Positions 1 to 14,794 of a stretch of 64,000 bases of DNA are shown here, in pieces. The first letter of the stretch is position 1. Every line of letters starts with the position of its first letter. Source of the DNA: the human T2T-CHM13v2.0 reference genome, Homo sapiens; NCBI RefSeq assembly GCF_009914755.1, contig NC_060928.1. The stretch is one strand, 5' to 3'. The notes beneath the pieces are model-generated. The model worked only from the letters and a program-made list of their open reading frames with translations. It did no database searches and had not been told where the DNA came from. Both the position numbers and the translations under genes were made by a program.

Positions 1-1738
1 CTGCTCAAGGAAGTAAAGACAGGACACAAACAAATGGAAAAACATTCCATGCTCATGAATAGGAAGAATCAATATCGTGAAAATGGCTATACTGCCCAAA
101 GTAATTTATAGATTCAATGCCTTCCCCATCAAACTACCATTGACTTTCTTCACAGAAGTAGAAAAAAACCTACTTTAAATTTCACATTGAACCAAAAAAG
201 AGCCTGCATAGCCAAGATAATCCTAAACAAAAAGAGCAGAGCTGGAGGCATCATGTTACCTGACTTCAAACCATACTACAAGTCTACAGTAAACAAAACA
301 GCATGGTACTGGTACCAAAACAGAGATATAGACCAATGGAACAGAACAGAGGCCTCAGAAAAAACACCACACATGTACAACCATCTGATCTTTGACAAAC
401 CTGACAAAAATAAGCAATGGGGAAAGGATTCCCTATTTAATAAACGGTGTTGGGAAAACTGGCCAGCCATATGCAGAAAGCTAAAACTGGATCCCTTCCT
501 TATACCTTATACAAAAATTAAATCAAGATGGATTAAAGACTTAAACGTAAGACCTAAAACCATAAAAACCCTAGAAGAAAACCTAGACAATACCATTCAG
601 GACATAGGCATGGGCAAAGACTTCATGAGTAAACCTCCAAAGCAATGGCAACAAAAGCCAAAATAGATAAGTGGGACCTAATTAAACTAAAGAGCAGATG
701 CACAGCAAAAGAAACTATCAGAGTGAAGAGGCAACCTACAGAATGGGAGGAATCTTTTTCAATCTATCCATCTGACAAAGGGCTATTATCCAACATCTAC
801 AAGGAACTTAAACAAACGTACTAGAAAAAAACAAACAACCCCACCAAAAAGTGGGCAAAGGATATGAACAGACACTTCTCAAAACAAGACATTTATGCAG
901 CCAACAAACATATGAAAAAATGCTCGTCATTGGTCATTAGAGAAATGCAAATCAAAACCACAATTAGATACCATCTCACGCCAGTTAGAATGGCAATCAT
1001 TAAAAAGTCAGGAAACAACAGATGCTGGAGAGGATGTGGAGAATTAGCAATGATTTTACACTGTTGGTGGGAGCGTAAATGAGTTCAACCATTGTGGAAG
1101 ACAGTGTGGCGATTCCTCAAGGATCTAGAACTAGAAATACTATTTGACCCAGCAATCCCATTACTGTGTATATACCCAAAGGATTATAAATCATTCTACT
1201 ATAAAGACACATTCACATGTATGTTTATTGCAGCACTGTTCACAATAGCAAACATGTGGAACCAACGCAAATGCCCATCAATGATAGACTGGATAAAGAA
1301 AATGTGGCACACATACACAGTGGAAATACTATGCAGCCATAAAAAAGGATGAGTTCACATCCTTTGCAAGAACATGGATGAAGCTGGAAACCATCATTCT
1401 CAGCAAACTAACACGAGAACAGAAAACCAAATACCACATGTTCTCACTCATAAATGGGAACTGAACAATGAGAACACGTGGACACAGGGATGGGAATATC
1501 ACACACTAGGGCCTGTCAAGGGTTGGGGGAAGGGGGAAGGGGGAAGGATAGCATTAGGAGAAATACCTAATGTAGATGACAGGTTGATGGGTGCAACAAA
1601 CCACTATGGCACATGTATACCTATGTAACAAACCTGCAAGTTCTGGACATGTATCCCAGAACTTAAAATATAATAAAAAATAAATATATAAATATAAAAA
1701 GTATTTACAATAAAAAATAGTTACAATTTCAAAAAAAG
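1..1738 (+). mobile_element. LINE-1 3' portion (L1PA7/8-like): degraded ORF2 C-terminus, 3' UTR and A-rich tail; continues past the window start
   Basis: ORF-track peptides match L1 ORF2p ([26 protein letters not shown]) but are broken by frameshifts. G-rich 3' UTR at ~1520-1545; gtatcccagaacttaaa followed by an A-rich tail. Confidence 0.97.
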
Positions 1739-1980
1739 TTAGCAAGATGATTTGGATAAAAAACAAGTGTAGCTAATTCATTTGGGGTTATATTTTAAAT
1801 GGAGAGCAAATAGGGAGAAATAAGTAAGAATTTCTCTCATTCTTTCACAGTCAGCCATCACTGCTGTGAGGACAAAAATAACATGAATACATATGTTCAT
1901 TCAAAAAATATTTATTCTAAAACAGAGAGTGTTTTGAAAGTTTTGAATTGACTGTTACATGTACTTAAAACATTATAAAT

Positions 1981-2190
1981 AATAGCTAATATATACTTAA
2001 GACCTATGCAGGAATCATTCTCAATGATATAATCATTTAATCTTCACAATTATATTATCTTCATTTGATAGTTAGAAGATCAAGGTATAGAGAGAGGGGT
2101 TGGAAAAATTACCCAAGAACACAAAGCTAATATATATAACAAGCTTGACTAAAATCAAGGTTTACTTGTTTCCAAAACACATTCTTTATT
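1981..2190 (-). mobile_element. MIR SINE (degraded)
   Basis: aatagctaat...catttaatcttcacaa...cccaagaacacaaagctaat resembles the reverse-strand MIR core. Confidence 0.65.
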
Positions 2191-2224
2191 CTACATTATG
2201 CTATGTAAATTGCTGTTGAAGCCC

Positions 2225-2435
2225 AAGGGATAACTGTTGGTAAAATGACAGCAAGAAGCTTCCTTAGAAGATATTGACCATGTAGCTGAGTCTTGAAGAA
2301 GAAAATGGAGGTGGCTAAATTTAAGATAGAGTGGGAGAGAATGCCAGGGGAGAAGTGGTTTTCCAGGCAGTGGAAGCTGCCTATGAAAAGCCTGGAGGTG
2401 AGAAGCAAGGCACATTTGGGGAATAGCAATTCATC
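2225..2435 (-). mobile_element. L2 LINE fragment
   Basis: gctgagtcttgaag...ttccaggcagtggaagctgc...aaagcctggaggtgagaag is typical of the reverse-strand L2 3' region. Confidence 0.65.
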
Positions 2436-2733
2436 ATGAACCTTATTATACTGTCATAAGCAGTGCCTCTGGGGAAGTGGGCACTGTTATGTCACACGTC
2501 ATTACTCTTTGAAAATATCAGAAAGTTATTAAATTAGATCTCAATTAAGCAGAGACTTCAATTAGTCAGATTGTGTCTCCCAAAATATTATTTTTAATAA
2601 GAAAAGTAAAATGACAAGCATTCAACTCTCAGTCAGTCTCTTGGGCTGAGGCAGAACAGAGCCTGAATCTCTCTTGTGTTAAGTGAGGTTTGATGAGAAC
2701 ATCTCTGAGGTCCATCAACAAAGAAGAAAAAAT

Positions 2734-3805
<1,072 letters not shown>

Positions 3806-3857
3806 GGCCGGGCGTGGTGGCTCAAGCCTGTAATCCCAGCACTTTTGGAGGCCGAAG
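3806..3857 (+). mobile_element. Alu 5' stub (first ~52 nt only)
   Basis: ggccgggcgtggtggctcaagcctgtaatcccagcacttttggaggccga, then abrupt loss of Alu similarity. Confidence 0.93.
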
Positions 3858-4121
3858 ACAAGAAATGCCATTTCTTTTATTTATTTATTTATTTTATTCC
3901 TAAAGATCCGTAAAACCTAGTTGTGGAACTATGAAGGTCATGGCTTCCTGTGATATCAGGGTTACTTTGGGATGGGGATAGTAATGGTAGGTTTGTGGTC
4001 TGTGACACTGTGTCATCAAGAGAGACAACAGGAGGTACTGGGTAAAATCATTGACTTTGCAGAACACTGCTTGGGCTTGGGCTTGGGTCCTGGTTCCTGT
4101 GTAACCTTTGGCAAATGCATT

Positions 4122-4594
4122 TGTTATCTATTGCTATGTAACAAATTATCCTGAAGTTGGCAGCTTAAAACAACAAACATTTATCACACATCACATCTGA
4201 AAGTGAGGAATCTAGGAGAGGCTTAGCTAGCTGGTTTTGGCTCAGGATCAGGCCTGAGAATCCAAGCTAACTGCTGTGGCTGTTGGCAGGAGGTTTCAGT
4301 TCCTCACTGCGTAGTTGTTTTTGTAGAGCTGCTTACAGACATAGTAGCTGGCTTTTTCTGCTGCAAGGGACCTGAGAAAGAGAGAGAAAGGCAGAGAGAA
4401 ATGGAGAGAGGGTGCTCAAGATAAAAGCCATTATGTTTTTACAACTTAGTCTTAAGAAGTATGACTATCGCCTCTGCCCTATATCATTCATTAGAATTTA
4501 ATTATTATGTCCAGCCCAAAATCAAGGAGAGGAATTAAGCTTGACCTCTTCAGAAGAATGTCAAAGAATCTTTGAACATACATTTAAACCACCA
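4122..4594 (-). mobile_element. MLT1 (ERVL-MaLR) solo LTR
   Basis: ttatctattgctatgtaacaaatta...cagcttaaaacaacaaacatttat...ggcttagctagctggttttggctcagg is the MLT1 reverse-strand signature. Confidence 0.8.
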
Positions 4595-4674
4595 AAGAAA
4601 AATTATTTAACTTCTTAGTGTGTGTTTCTCTATCTTTAAAATGAAGATATCAATAGTAACTACAACATAGGGTT

Positions 4675-5204
4675 AGTATTAGAGTTCTCCAGAGAAACAG
4701 AACCAACAGAATGTGTTGTGTGTGTTTGTGTATACGTATATGCACAAGATTTATTATAAGGAATTGCCTTACATTATTAGAATTGCCTGAGATCGGCAAT
4801 CACCAAGCTAAAAACCCAGGAGATCCAATGTGTAGTACCAGTTTGAGTTTGAAGGCCTGAGAACCAGAAAAGACAATGGTGTGAGTTCCAGTCCAAAAGT
4901 CAGCAGGCTTGAAAGTCAAGAAGAGTGGATGTTTCAATCCTAGTCAGAAGGCTGAAAAATACAAATGTCCCAGCTCAAGGCAGTTAAGCAGAAAAAAATT
5001 CCACCTCATTCAGCCTTTAGTATCCAGGTCTTGAAGTCCTGGATTAGGTCCACTCTCATGAAGGACTGCAATCTGCTTTATTCAGTCTACTGATTCAAAT
5101 GTTAATCTCATCCAGAAACACCCTCACAGACACACCCAGAATAATGTTTGGTCAAATGTCTGGGCACCCTGTGGCTCAGTCAAGTTGACACATTAATTGT
5201 TATA
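4675..5204 (-). mobile_element. MLT2B-type ERVL solo LTR
   Basis: gtattagagttctccagagaaacagaaccaa...aaacaccctcacagacacacccagaataatg...caagttgacaca. 5-bp TSD gggtt at 4670-4674 and 5205-5209. Confidence 0.9.
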
Positions 5205-6689
5205 GGGTTGTAACATAAACTTAATTACTTCATAATTGATAAATGCTTAGAACAGTGCATAATAAGGATTTGTTAAAGTTAATATTATTTTCAGATGAAA
5301 TTGATATCTAGAGAAATAAAATGATTTTTTATTTAGTAATAACATATGAACTATCAGATCTGTATTTTTCTTTATATTGTCATTCTCTTTAATGTGACTT
5401 TGGGGACAGCCAGAAAACTACCATCCCCTCACTCTAAAATCAAAATACCTCCTGCATCCATCAATGGTGATATCACATGTTGACTATTTTTATGCTTTTC
5501 TGTGTTAAATATTATATTCCCCAGGTAATTTCCTTATAAAATGAAAATTTCCCTATTAAAATTTTTTCTTATAAAACTCATTACATTAATTTAATAAATA
5601 ACAACAATGTTAAAGTATTTCAATAAATGAGGCTGGCAGCCTGGGAGGGAAACATAGTAGATGACGTTCACCATAGACTGTATCAACTTCATTGGGTTAT
5701 TTTTTTTTTTCTTAAAAGCACTGAGATTTTCAGAGAGAGGAAGCAGAAAATAATATAGGGATACAGAGAAAGAAGATGCTGCACAAAAGTTCTTCAATTT
5801 ATTTCCCCCAAATCAACTGTCTATCAGAGAATATGGGGAAACGACTGTGACATAAACTAAAGAAACACTTGCAGCTCAGCTCAGATGTTCTAACCACTGT
5901 TCTGAAGTCTTCCTCTCAGAAAAATTTGTGTTGGACCAATTAAAGGAACATGAAGGATCTACTCCAATAGCTTCCTATTGCACAGCTGTTTCTAAATGCC
6001 TTGTTTCTGGTCTCTGAAGAAGATATAATCAAGGGAATGTTCCTCCAAATACATAAAATTTCCCCAAATCCCAAAGTGCAGGTCCTTCTTGCTTTTGGCA
6101 AGCAGTAAGATGTTTCAGCTTTCAAGCTAGAATTGCCTCTTCAAGGTTTCCAGGTTATTGTGGGATTGCAGTTAAACAAAGACATGCTTTTCATGGAGAG
6201 TTTTCAATAAGACCTTCTTATTCACAAGGAAAATGAATCAACATATTAGCCTCCATTGTCTTCTCTGGCACTTTATTGAAGGAAAAAGACAATGAAATAA
6301 AATAAGGGAGAGGAAAAAGAAAATAGATCTTTGAAAACAAAGTTATCTTCTAGGTCTGAAGAGCAACATCAGAATATTCCTTTTTAAAATATTTTTAAAA
6401 TGTGTCATGTCATTTGTAAAGAGCAGAGCCACATAATAAATAGAGAGCTAAGAAAAAAATTAAGTATAATGTTTGGTACATAATATGTGTTCAGAAAATG
6501 TCTGGTGAATGAAATTGTTAACCAATGAAAGACGAAGCCATGTACAGTTACCATTTGCATAAATCAGACTTTCCTTAAATCTTCTTATCATCTCAGACCC
6601 AAACTCTGCACCTGAAGTTACCTTTGAAAAACTGCTGGCCTAAATTATACTAACCTCAGAAAGGCATGATGGTGTGGCTGGCTACAATA

Positions 6690-6886
6690 CTAGTCCTCTG
6701 TGACTTGCATATAACTAGGAGCAGGACTTCTTAAAACACAGATTGCTCGGTCACATCCTCAGAGTTCTTGATTCGTTAGGTCTGGGTGGGGCCAGATAAT
6801 TCACATTTCTGATAATTTGCATTTCTAATAAGTTCTCAAGAGATACCAGTGCTGCTGGTCCAGGGAACACACTTGAAGAATCACTG
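6690..6886. mobile_element. MER5-family hAT-Charlie MITE
   Basis: cagattgct...cagagttcttgattc...ggtctgggtggggcc...tgcatttctaataagttc...ctgctggtccaggga...gaatcactg. Confidence 0.85.
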
Positions 6887-8017
6887 TTGTAAGGGGCAAA
6901 ACAATGATCTGAAAGTTCTGAGAGGTGTTTTGTTGTTATTTCTTTTACATAGAAGTTCTACTTTGGATACCTCACCCTTTAAAAATTACTTGAAAGTAAT
7001 AATCTATATAAATCTACCAGATATAATTGTACAATCTTTTGCAATTAATATTTTCCATATGTCTTAACAGATTGGATTTTTATGATAACTCAAATTAGAA
7101 AGAACAGTGATTATTATAATGATATTTTAATAGGTAATAAATTAAACTTAGATGGTGTAAAAATAAATATCTTGAAGACAGTGATCATGTCTCACTTATA
7201 TTAGTATCCTTGAAACTTAACAATGTAAACAAAATGTACACAGCGTTTAAGAAATATTTAATTAGTTAATTTTGCACAAGGACATTACTTGTAAGTGATT
7301 GAACCAGGGATCAAATAGTCATATGACTCCAAATTCAGTGTGCTCTGTCCAATTCTCCATAATACTCTCATAACAGAGTATTCTGGTCCCTAATTTTCCT
7401 TCCATATGTATGGAAAGGGGTAAATTGAGAGCAACATAGAATTAGCATAAAACAATAAGCTACTTAGATAAAGAAACAATGGCATCTCCATTTCCGGTTG
7501 CATAGGATGATGCCTGACACATAGGAGACACATCACCCATATTTGTGGGATTGACTTGCGTGTTTATCTTCATCCCCACCTACGTAACCGTGACTGTATG
7601 TATATGTCATCCCAGAATTGTTAGCAGGCCTCAGGCTTGGGGAATAAAGTTGAGGGAAACCACAAGCCACAGAGGAGAGCCACCTGGGTTTTGGGCTATA
7701 TGGTTCTGACTTCCTCATGAGAGGGAAGCAGCCTCCTTAGACCAAAAAGCTTCGGATGGGTGACTGCCAATTCTGTTAACTGGCAGCTCCAGACTCTAAC
7801 CCTTGAGCTTGCTCTGCTCTGCTTCCAAATCCTCAAATGTGTTCCAATCAAGGGAATGCTGCTGAATTGAAATGGATTTACCTATGGCTGCAAGGAAACA
7901 CGGCAAGCCTTAACTTAGACTTCTAAGCAGAGTCCCAGAGGGAGGATGACTAATTAGACCAAGGACCAAACTCCTTCATGCCCTGCCAGAGAGGCCCACT
8001 GAGTTTCTGTGGAATGA

Positions 8018-8374
<357 letters not shown>

Positions 8375-8548
8375 CTGTGGAGGGGAGCGGATATCTTAAC
8401 GCATATTGTATTATCCAAAGAATTTATAATGTTAGAAGATGTTTGCTAAAGCATTAATGAACTAAACTTTGTATTTCTGGCAATTTCACAAAAAGAAACA
8501 GCTCTCATAAATCGCCCCATTAATTACATCTATGCACTTCATTTTGTT

Positions 8549-9123
8549 GTTGTTGTTGTTATTTATTTATTATACTTTAAGTTCTGGGATACATGTGCAG
8601 AACATGCAGGTTTGTTATATAGGCATACATGTACCATGGTGGTTGGCTGCACCCATCAACTGGTCATCTACATTAGGTATTTCTCCTAATGCTATCCCTC
8701 CCCCTTCCCCCCACCCCCAACAAGCCCCAGTGTGTGATGTTCCCCTCCCTGTGTCCATGTGTTCTCATTGTTCAACTCCCACTTATGAGTGAGAACATGT
8801 GGTGTTTGGTTTTCTGTTCTTGTGTTAATTTTCTTATCCAGTCTATCATTGATGGGCATTTGGGTTGGTTCCAAGGCTTTGCTATTGTGAGCAGTGCTGC
8901 AAAAAACATATGTGTGCAGGTGTCTTTATAGTAGAATGATTTATAATCCTTTGGGTATGTACCCAGTAATGGGATTGCTAGGTCAAATGGTATTTGTGGT
9001 TCTAGATCCTTGAGGAATCGTCACACTGTTTTCAACAATGGTTGAACTCATTTACACTCCCACCGACAGTGTAAAAGTGTTCCTATTTCTCCACAGCCTC
9101 GCCAACATCTGTTGCTTCCTGAG
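8549..9123 (-). mobile_element. 5'-truncated L1PA7-like 3' end with ~100-nt internal deletion
   Basis: ttatactttaagttctgggatacatgtgcag 3' end; (GTT)n tail; TSD ttcattt[t/c]gtt at 8538-8548 and 9124-9134. Confidence 0.95.
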
Positions 9124-10539
9124 TTCATTTCGTTATTTGAATAATTACATGAGAAATAAAAATTAGACTTTCTTTACAAATTTTGAGCAACTTTAAAACC
9201 ACTTTCATAAAATCTACATCATTTTTCTTTGTTTTCAAAATTAACTTTAAAATTAATATGAACCACAATTACTACAAAAACTGAGTTTACCGAAAACATT
9301 TAAAAACCAAGAATCAGATTGTGCTTCCTTAAAGAACTCATTTTAAGTGGATGTATTATTTTTTGTTAAATAGGTGACATAACTGCACAAATATTTTCTT
9401 TCTGGTGCTCTTAGTAACTAAACAGTATTTTTAAAAATCAAAAGATCACACTTGAGTGTTCTGTATTTTTATTATTAAACCCCACACAATAGTGCCAGGA
9501 GGTTCATCTTTATATCCTATCAAACTTATAAGATACCAGTTGACAAGAGAAGGGACGATGATCCTGGGGAAGCCCGCTAGGGCCAGGTGCATTGAGCCAT
9601 CAGGAGAATAAGCAAGAGAGAATACTAGAAGTGAAGGTTAGAGGTGATTTGTAAAGGCTAGCTATAGCTGATACAACAGCAAACTATGAGAAACTAGAAA
9701 AAAATAATTTACCAAGGGAACAGGAAGAGACAGAAGCCAGATGAGAGAAAGGCAGCAGGTTGGGACAAGGGATAAGACTAGCGTCAGGGTGCTCAAGTGC
9801 TGTCTGACAGAGTGACAAATTTTAACTGCTACATCTTTTTTTGTGGTCTCATCTCCACTGATACAAAGAGACAGTAACCATAGGCTATTTCCTGACATCT
9901 ACATAGTTTCTAAAAATCTGTCTTATAAGAGAAGTCTAATTTATGCAATGAATATTTATTAAGCATTAATATATACCAGATGACATACTACATGCTATTT
10001 ATACATTGTGTTTGCACTCTTGAAACTCACAACTCAGTGGGAGAGGCAAACATTTCACATTATTTGAATTCAGGTAAACGTTTTCTGAATTATTGATAAA
10101 ATGTGTGTGTGCATGCACACATGTAGATGCAACAATTAAAGAAACCTATAATTGGAATTATTTTAAAGAAACATCCTGCAATAACTAATACCAGATTAAA
10201 TATTTAGCAAAATAGGTCAACCACCAAAATACCTCTAACTTGCCTAAGAAGCAAACCAGGCAGTATCAGATTAGTGTCTAAGAGTGACTAAGACTTTGAG
10301 GTAATGGAGTTTATGGCTATCTTGTTGCTATTACTTACTAGTAGAATCACCTATGGAAAATTTTTGTTCTACTTGAAATCTCAGCTTTGTCTCACATCAC
10401 TGAATTGTAGATATTAAACAGAAATGTGTTGCACGTAGAAAATACTTGTCAAACGCTCACTATTTCTATAAGAAGGAGATGCCAATACCATTGTATGAGA
10501 TGACCAACTGCCTTGCCCATTTTCAATGATGAGAGTGAA

Positions 10540-11034
10540 AGGATTTTCTCCTATGTTATCATCTAGGAGTTTTATAGTTTCGTATTTTAAGTTCAGGTCT
10601 ATGATTCACTTGAGATAATTTTGTGAAAGGTGTAAAGTCTGCCTAGACTCATTTGTTTGTGTGTGGATGTCCAATTGTGCCAGCACCTTTTATTGAAGAG
10701 ACTATCCTTTCTCCATTGGATTGCCTTTGCTCCTGTGTCAAAGACCAGTTTACTATGTTCCCGTGAGTCTATATCTGGGCTGTCCATTTTGTTCCACTGA
10801 TTTCTGCATTTATTTTTCACAAACACCATACTTTTTTGATAATTGTAGCCTCATAGGAAGTCTCGAAGTCGAGTAGAATCAGCCTTCTGATTTTCTTCTT
10901 CTCTTTCAATATTGTGGTTGGCTGTTCTGGGTCTTTTACCTTTCCACACAAACTTCAAACTCGGTTTGTCAATATCTGCAAAATAACTTGCTGGGATTTT
11001 GATCATGATTGCATTGAATCTATAGGTAAAGTTA
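10540..11034 (-). mobile_element. Old L1 (L1MC-like) ORF2 fragment
   Basis: Peptides YRFNAI..KIP and [17 protein letters not shown] resemble ORF2p; the first ~140 nt parallel the L1MC at 35690-35830. Confidence 0.88.
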
Positions 11035-11209
11035 ATCTTTTCATTGCCTGGACCTAGCACAGTAAATAGCAAATTTTAGGAGCCTCTTTAATTTTTATGA
11101 AGCAGCTATTCATTGAGACAAATTAAAGGTGGGGAATTTTCTATTACTCCAAAACCTTAGTAGGTTTGAATTAGCAGTGCATATTAACTCCCTCCTTCCT
11201 TTATCATAA

Positions 11210-11656
<447 letters not shown>

Positions 11657-11659
11657 TAA

Positions 11660-11688
11660 ATTATTATTATTATTATTATTATTATTAT
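11660..11688. repeat. (ATT)n microsatellite
   Basis: About 9-10 consecutive ATT units. Confidence 0.95.
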
Positions 11689-14440
11689 TGGCTGGAGACC
11701 AATATGCTGAAGGAACTTCACTTGCAAATACACAGTGATGTCTTTGCACCTAGGTCTTTGCCTGCCTTTCCTGAACTATTTGCCTCTGCCTGCAACTCTC
11801 TTCTTACTTCTACACTTTCAACTTAACTAACTACTATTGCAGGTACCTCAGATACCTGTTTACACATTGCTACTTCTTTGTGTCTCCATGTGCTTTGTTT
11901 CCTATTCCATTTCCAAGAACCAGAACACTTTGGCATGCATGAGGTACTCAATACATAATTGCTGTTTAAAATAACATATTTCACCCTGTTCATGGACCCA
12001 CTCAAGACTGTAAAAACACACACTTGTGAATAATTCCTGAGTGAATTATTCATACACAGAGGCCAAAATCTACACTCTAGATTAAGGTCTACAGTATATC
12101 TTTGGATGTAGTATTGCACTTTTAAAACTATTTGGCATTTTCCTCTCCTGCCTTGTGGTGTAAACAGAATGGTCACTCTGGATTCAAGTTCTCTCTCTCA
12201 TTAGAAAAATTGCCTCCAATATAGGAAGCCATCTTGCATCTCATCACCTTCAAGACAGCTGTTATCCATTTCCTGAGTGTTCCAGTCGCAGCTTCTGGTC
12301 TTCTGCTGAAAGATTTCGTTCCATTATTTATGATTCAACTTATTAAATGTTGATGGGAAGATTCCCTGGAAAGGTGTGTTACTGTGGTTACCAGAAGCTT
12401 CTCTCATTCCAGGAAGAATCTGCTTTCTGGGCTATAGAACGGGCTTTAAAATCAGCAGGAACCAGACATGTTGAAGCAGAGACGAGTGAGGGGCACAAAG
12501 AACCTATGATTATTTTCAAAGCATCCTGGGAAATTCCAGGAAAGATTCTGGAGTTTTCTTTCAAAATGATAACTTACGGACAGTTTGAGGAAAAGCTATG
12601 GAAATTAAATGATTTGATTTTCCTGCCATAGATAGAACAGTCACTTTTTATTCTACAGCTATCCTCCCCCACCTCAAAAAATGCATTTTTTATGAGAAAG
12701 TCAAACTGGCCTTGTCTCACAGGCAAACACTCCTCACAGAACAGATGAGCCTTTTTTGTTAAATTACAGAAACAGTGAAAGATTTATGATTCTGCTAGAC
12801 AAAATCCTTTTGTTTTAAATAGTTGCCACTTTTCCATGAAGAAATCAGACACCTTGTTGGTGTTTTCTTATAGTAAACATAAGGTCACTGAAAGGAAACA
12901 GGCTAGATGAAAGATCACCACGGTATTAAATTACTTCCATCTGCAAACACTGTAAATCCCGTCGACATAAAAAGAGAAGTTATGGTTATAGCTCTGAAGT
13001 GTCATGTTTTTGGACTTGAAAAAAGTCCTTCTGCTGAGGACTTTATTCTATTGCCAAGAGTAAGAAACATGAAGTCGTGACGCAGTAACTGGACCATGTC
13101 AAAAGCATTCTACAGTAGACATCGCGTTTACTCTCTTTTTCTCAGCCCCTTTTCGGTCGGTTCACTTCTAACATTATCTAACGTTCAAGTTTATATTGGG
13201 AGAAATTTCTATGAATTAGAGTCAAAGTCCCGTAGTATTAGTTTTCAATAGATTGTCAAGAATTCATTCAAATCATTCAATTATTCTCTACAGTTTTTAT
13301 TAATTAATTTATTTATTTATTTATTTTAATGATTATGAATTGTTCATGCTGAGGGTAGAATTCAAAATGGTATCTTTTAGAAGCAAAGTCATTTACATTT
13401 GTAGTCAATTAATGGTGTCCACAGTTGCAATTTTCCTAAATTGCATGGTAGGCTTTAAGTAGAACTTAGATTTTTTCATCCAAGGTTATTGGGTGGTTAC
13501 TGTAAGAGAGAGCAGTGACTATTTTACGGGGGGCTGCTAAGCATTTGAACTCAATTCCTAGTTTTGAGAAATTTATTACTGGTGAGTCTTACCATCAAAG
13601 GCCAGAGACTGGCTTTCTAACTTCCTCAAAGATAGGACATGGACATGAGACATGGTAGGACCCTATAGATACAGCCAGGACATGAATCTGGAACGAGTGA
13701 TACAAAATAATGTGCTAGTTTATAAGCATTTTTCTGACAGTGCACAGCACTCAATGTCCAGTGCCGGCAATAGCAATTGTGGGAGAAACACTATATGGTG
13801 GCTAGTGGAGGCAGCAGCAACTCCCTAAGAAGAATGTTCCTGTGGTATGACCTTGAATGCTGTTCCATTTCCACCATTTAGTATTTTAATATATCTTTGG
13901 ATAAAAGCTTCAATGACTTTTCCTCAGTTTCTTTATGTGTAAAGTAGGGATAATTATAGGCATTATCTCATAATGCTTGTTTAAGGATAGATGAGTTCAT
14001 GTGCATAAAACATTGTCTGACAAAGGGAGGGAGGTCTTCATTGGCATTGCCTTGGATGAGCCACTATTACCTTCGCATGTATGTGCACATAGATAGACCC
14101 AACCACATTCCTCAGCATTTTTGTTGATGAATTTTTACAATATTTTCTTCTTAAGTTTACCAGTTAAGAAAAAAGTTTTGTTTCTAAATAATAACCAGAA
14201 TAATTTTCTGCTGAATACAACCAAGAGTCCTTGCTGAAGTCTACCTCATTTTCCACAATAAAACACTCACATTAGAGACACATTTTAAGTTCAGAAGTAG
14301 AATGTTTGGGAGAAAATCATTTTTTCTAGATAGTGCTCTATTTGTATTATGTGATCATATAACATAATGCATATTATAAATGTATCATATAGCATAAATT
14401 CTGTGTTAAACTTTGACAACAACCATCCTGGCAACATTGG

Positions 14441-14794
14441 CGTATTATCTGTTCTCACGCTGCTAATAAAGACATACCCAAGACTAGGTAATTTATAAAA
14501 GAAAGATATTTAATGGACTCACAGTTCCACATGGCTGGGGAGGCCTCTCAATCATGGTAGAAGGCAAAGGAGAAGCAAAGGCACATCTTGCGTGGCAGCA
14601 GACAAGAAAGCATGTGCAGGGGAACTGCCCTTTATAAAACCATTAGCTCACCTGAGACTTATTCACTACCAGGAGAACAGTATGGGGGAACTGCCCCCAT
14701 GATTCAATGATCTCCACCTGGCCCTGACCTTGACACATGAGAATTATTACAATGCAAGGTGAGATTTCAGTGGGGACGGAGCCAGATCATATCA
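14441..14794 (-). mobile_element. THE1C-like (ERVL-MaLR) solo LTR
   Basis: gtattatctgttctcacgctgctaataaagacatacccaagact...gccagatcatatca, 354 bp. Near-TSD attgg / tttgg. Confidence 0.95.

Larger units (their letters stand above)
4040..5290 (+). mobile_element. MIR split into three pieces (~4040-4120, ~4600-4674, ~5205-5290) by two LTR insertions
   Basis: Collinear MIR segments: tgtgtaacctttggcaaat | atttaacttc...tctttaaaatgaagatat...acatagggtt | gtaacat...aaatgcttagaacagtgc. Confidence 0.7.

Noticed and set aside
1519-1545. G-quadruplex-forming G-runs (also ~62681-62704)
   Set aside because: Known standard feature of the L1PA 3' UTR, not locus-specific.
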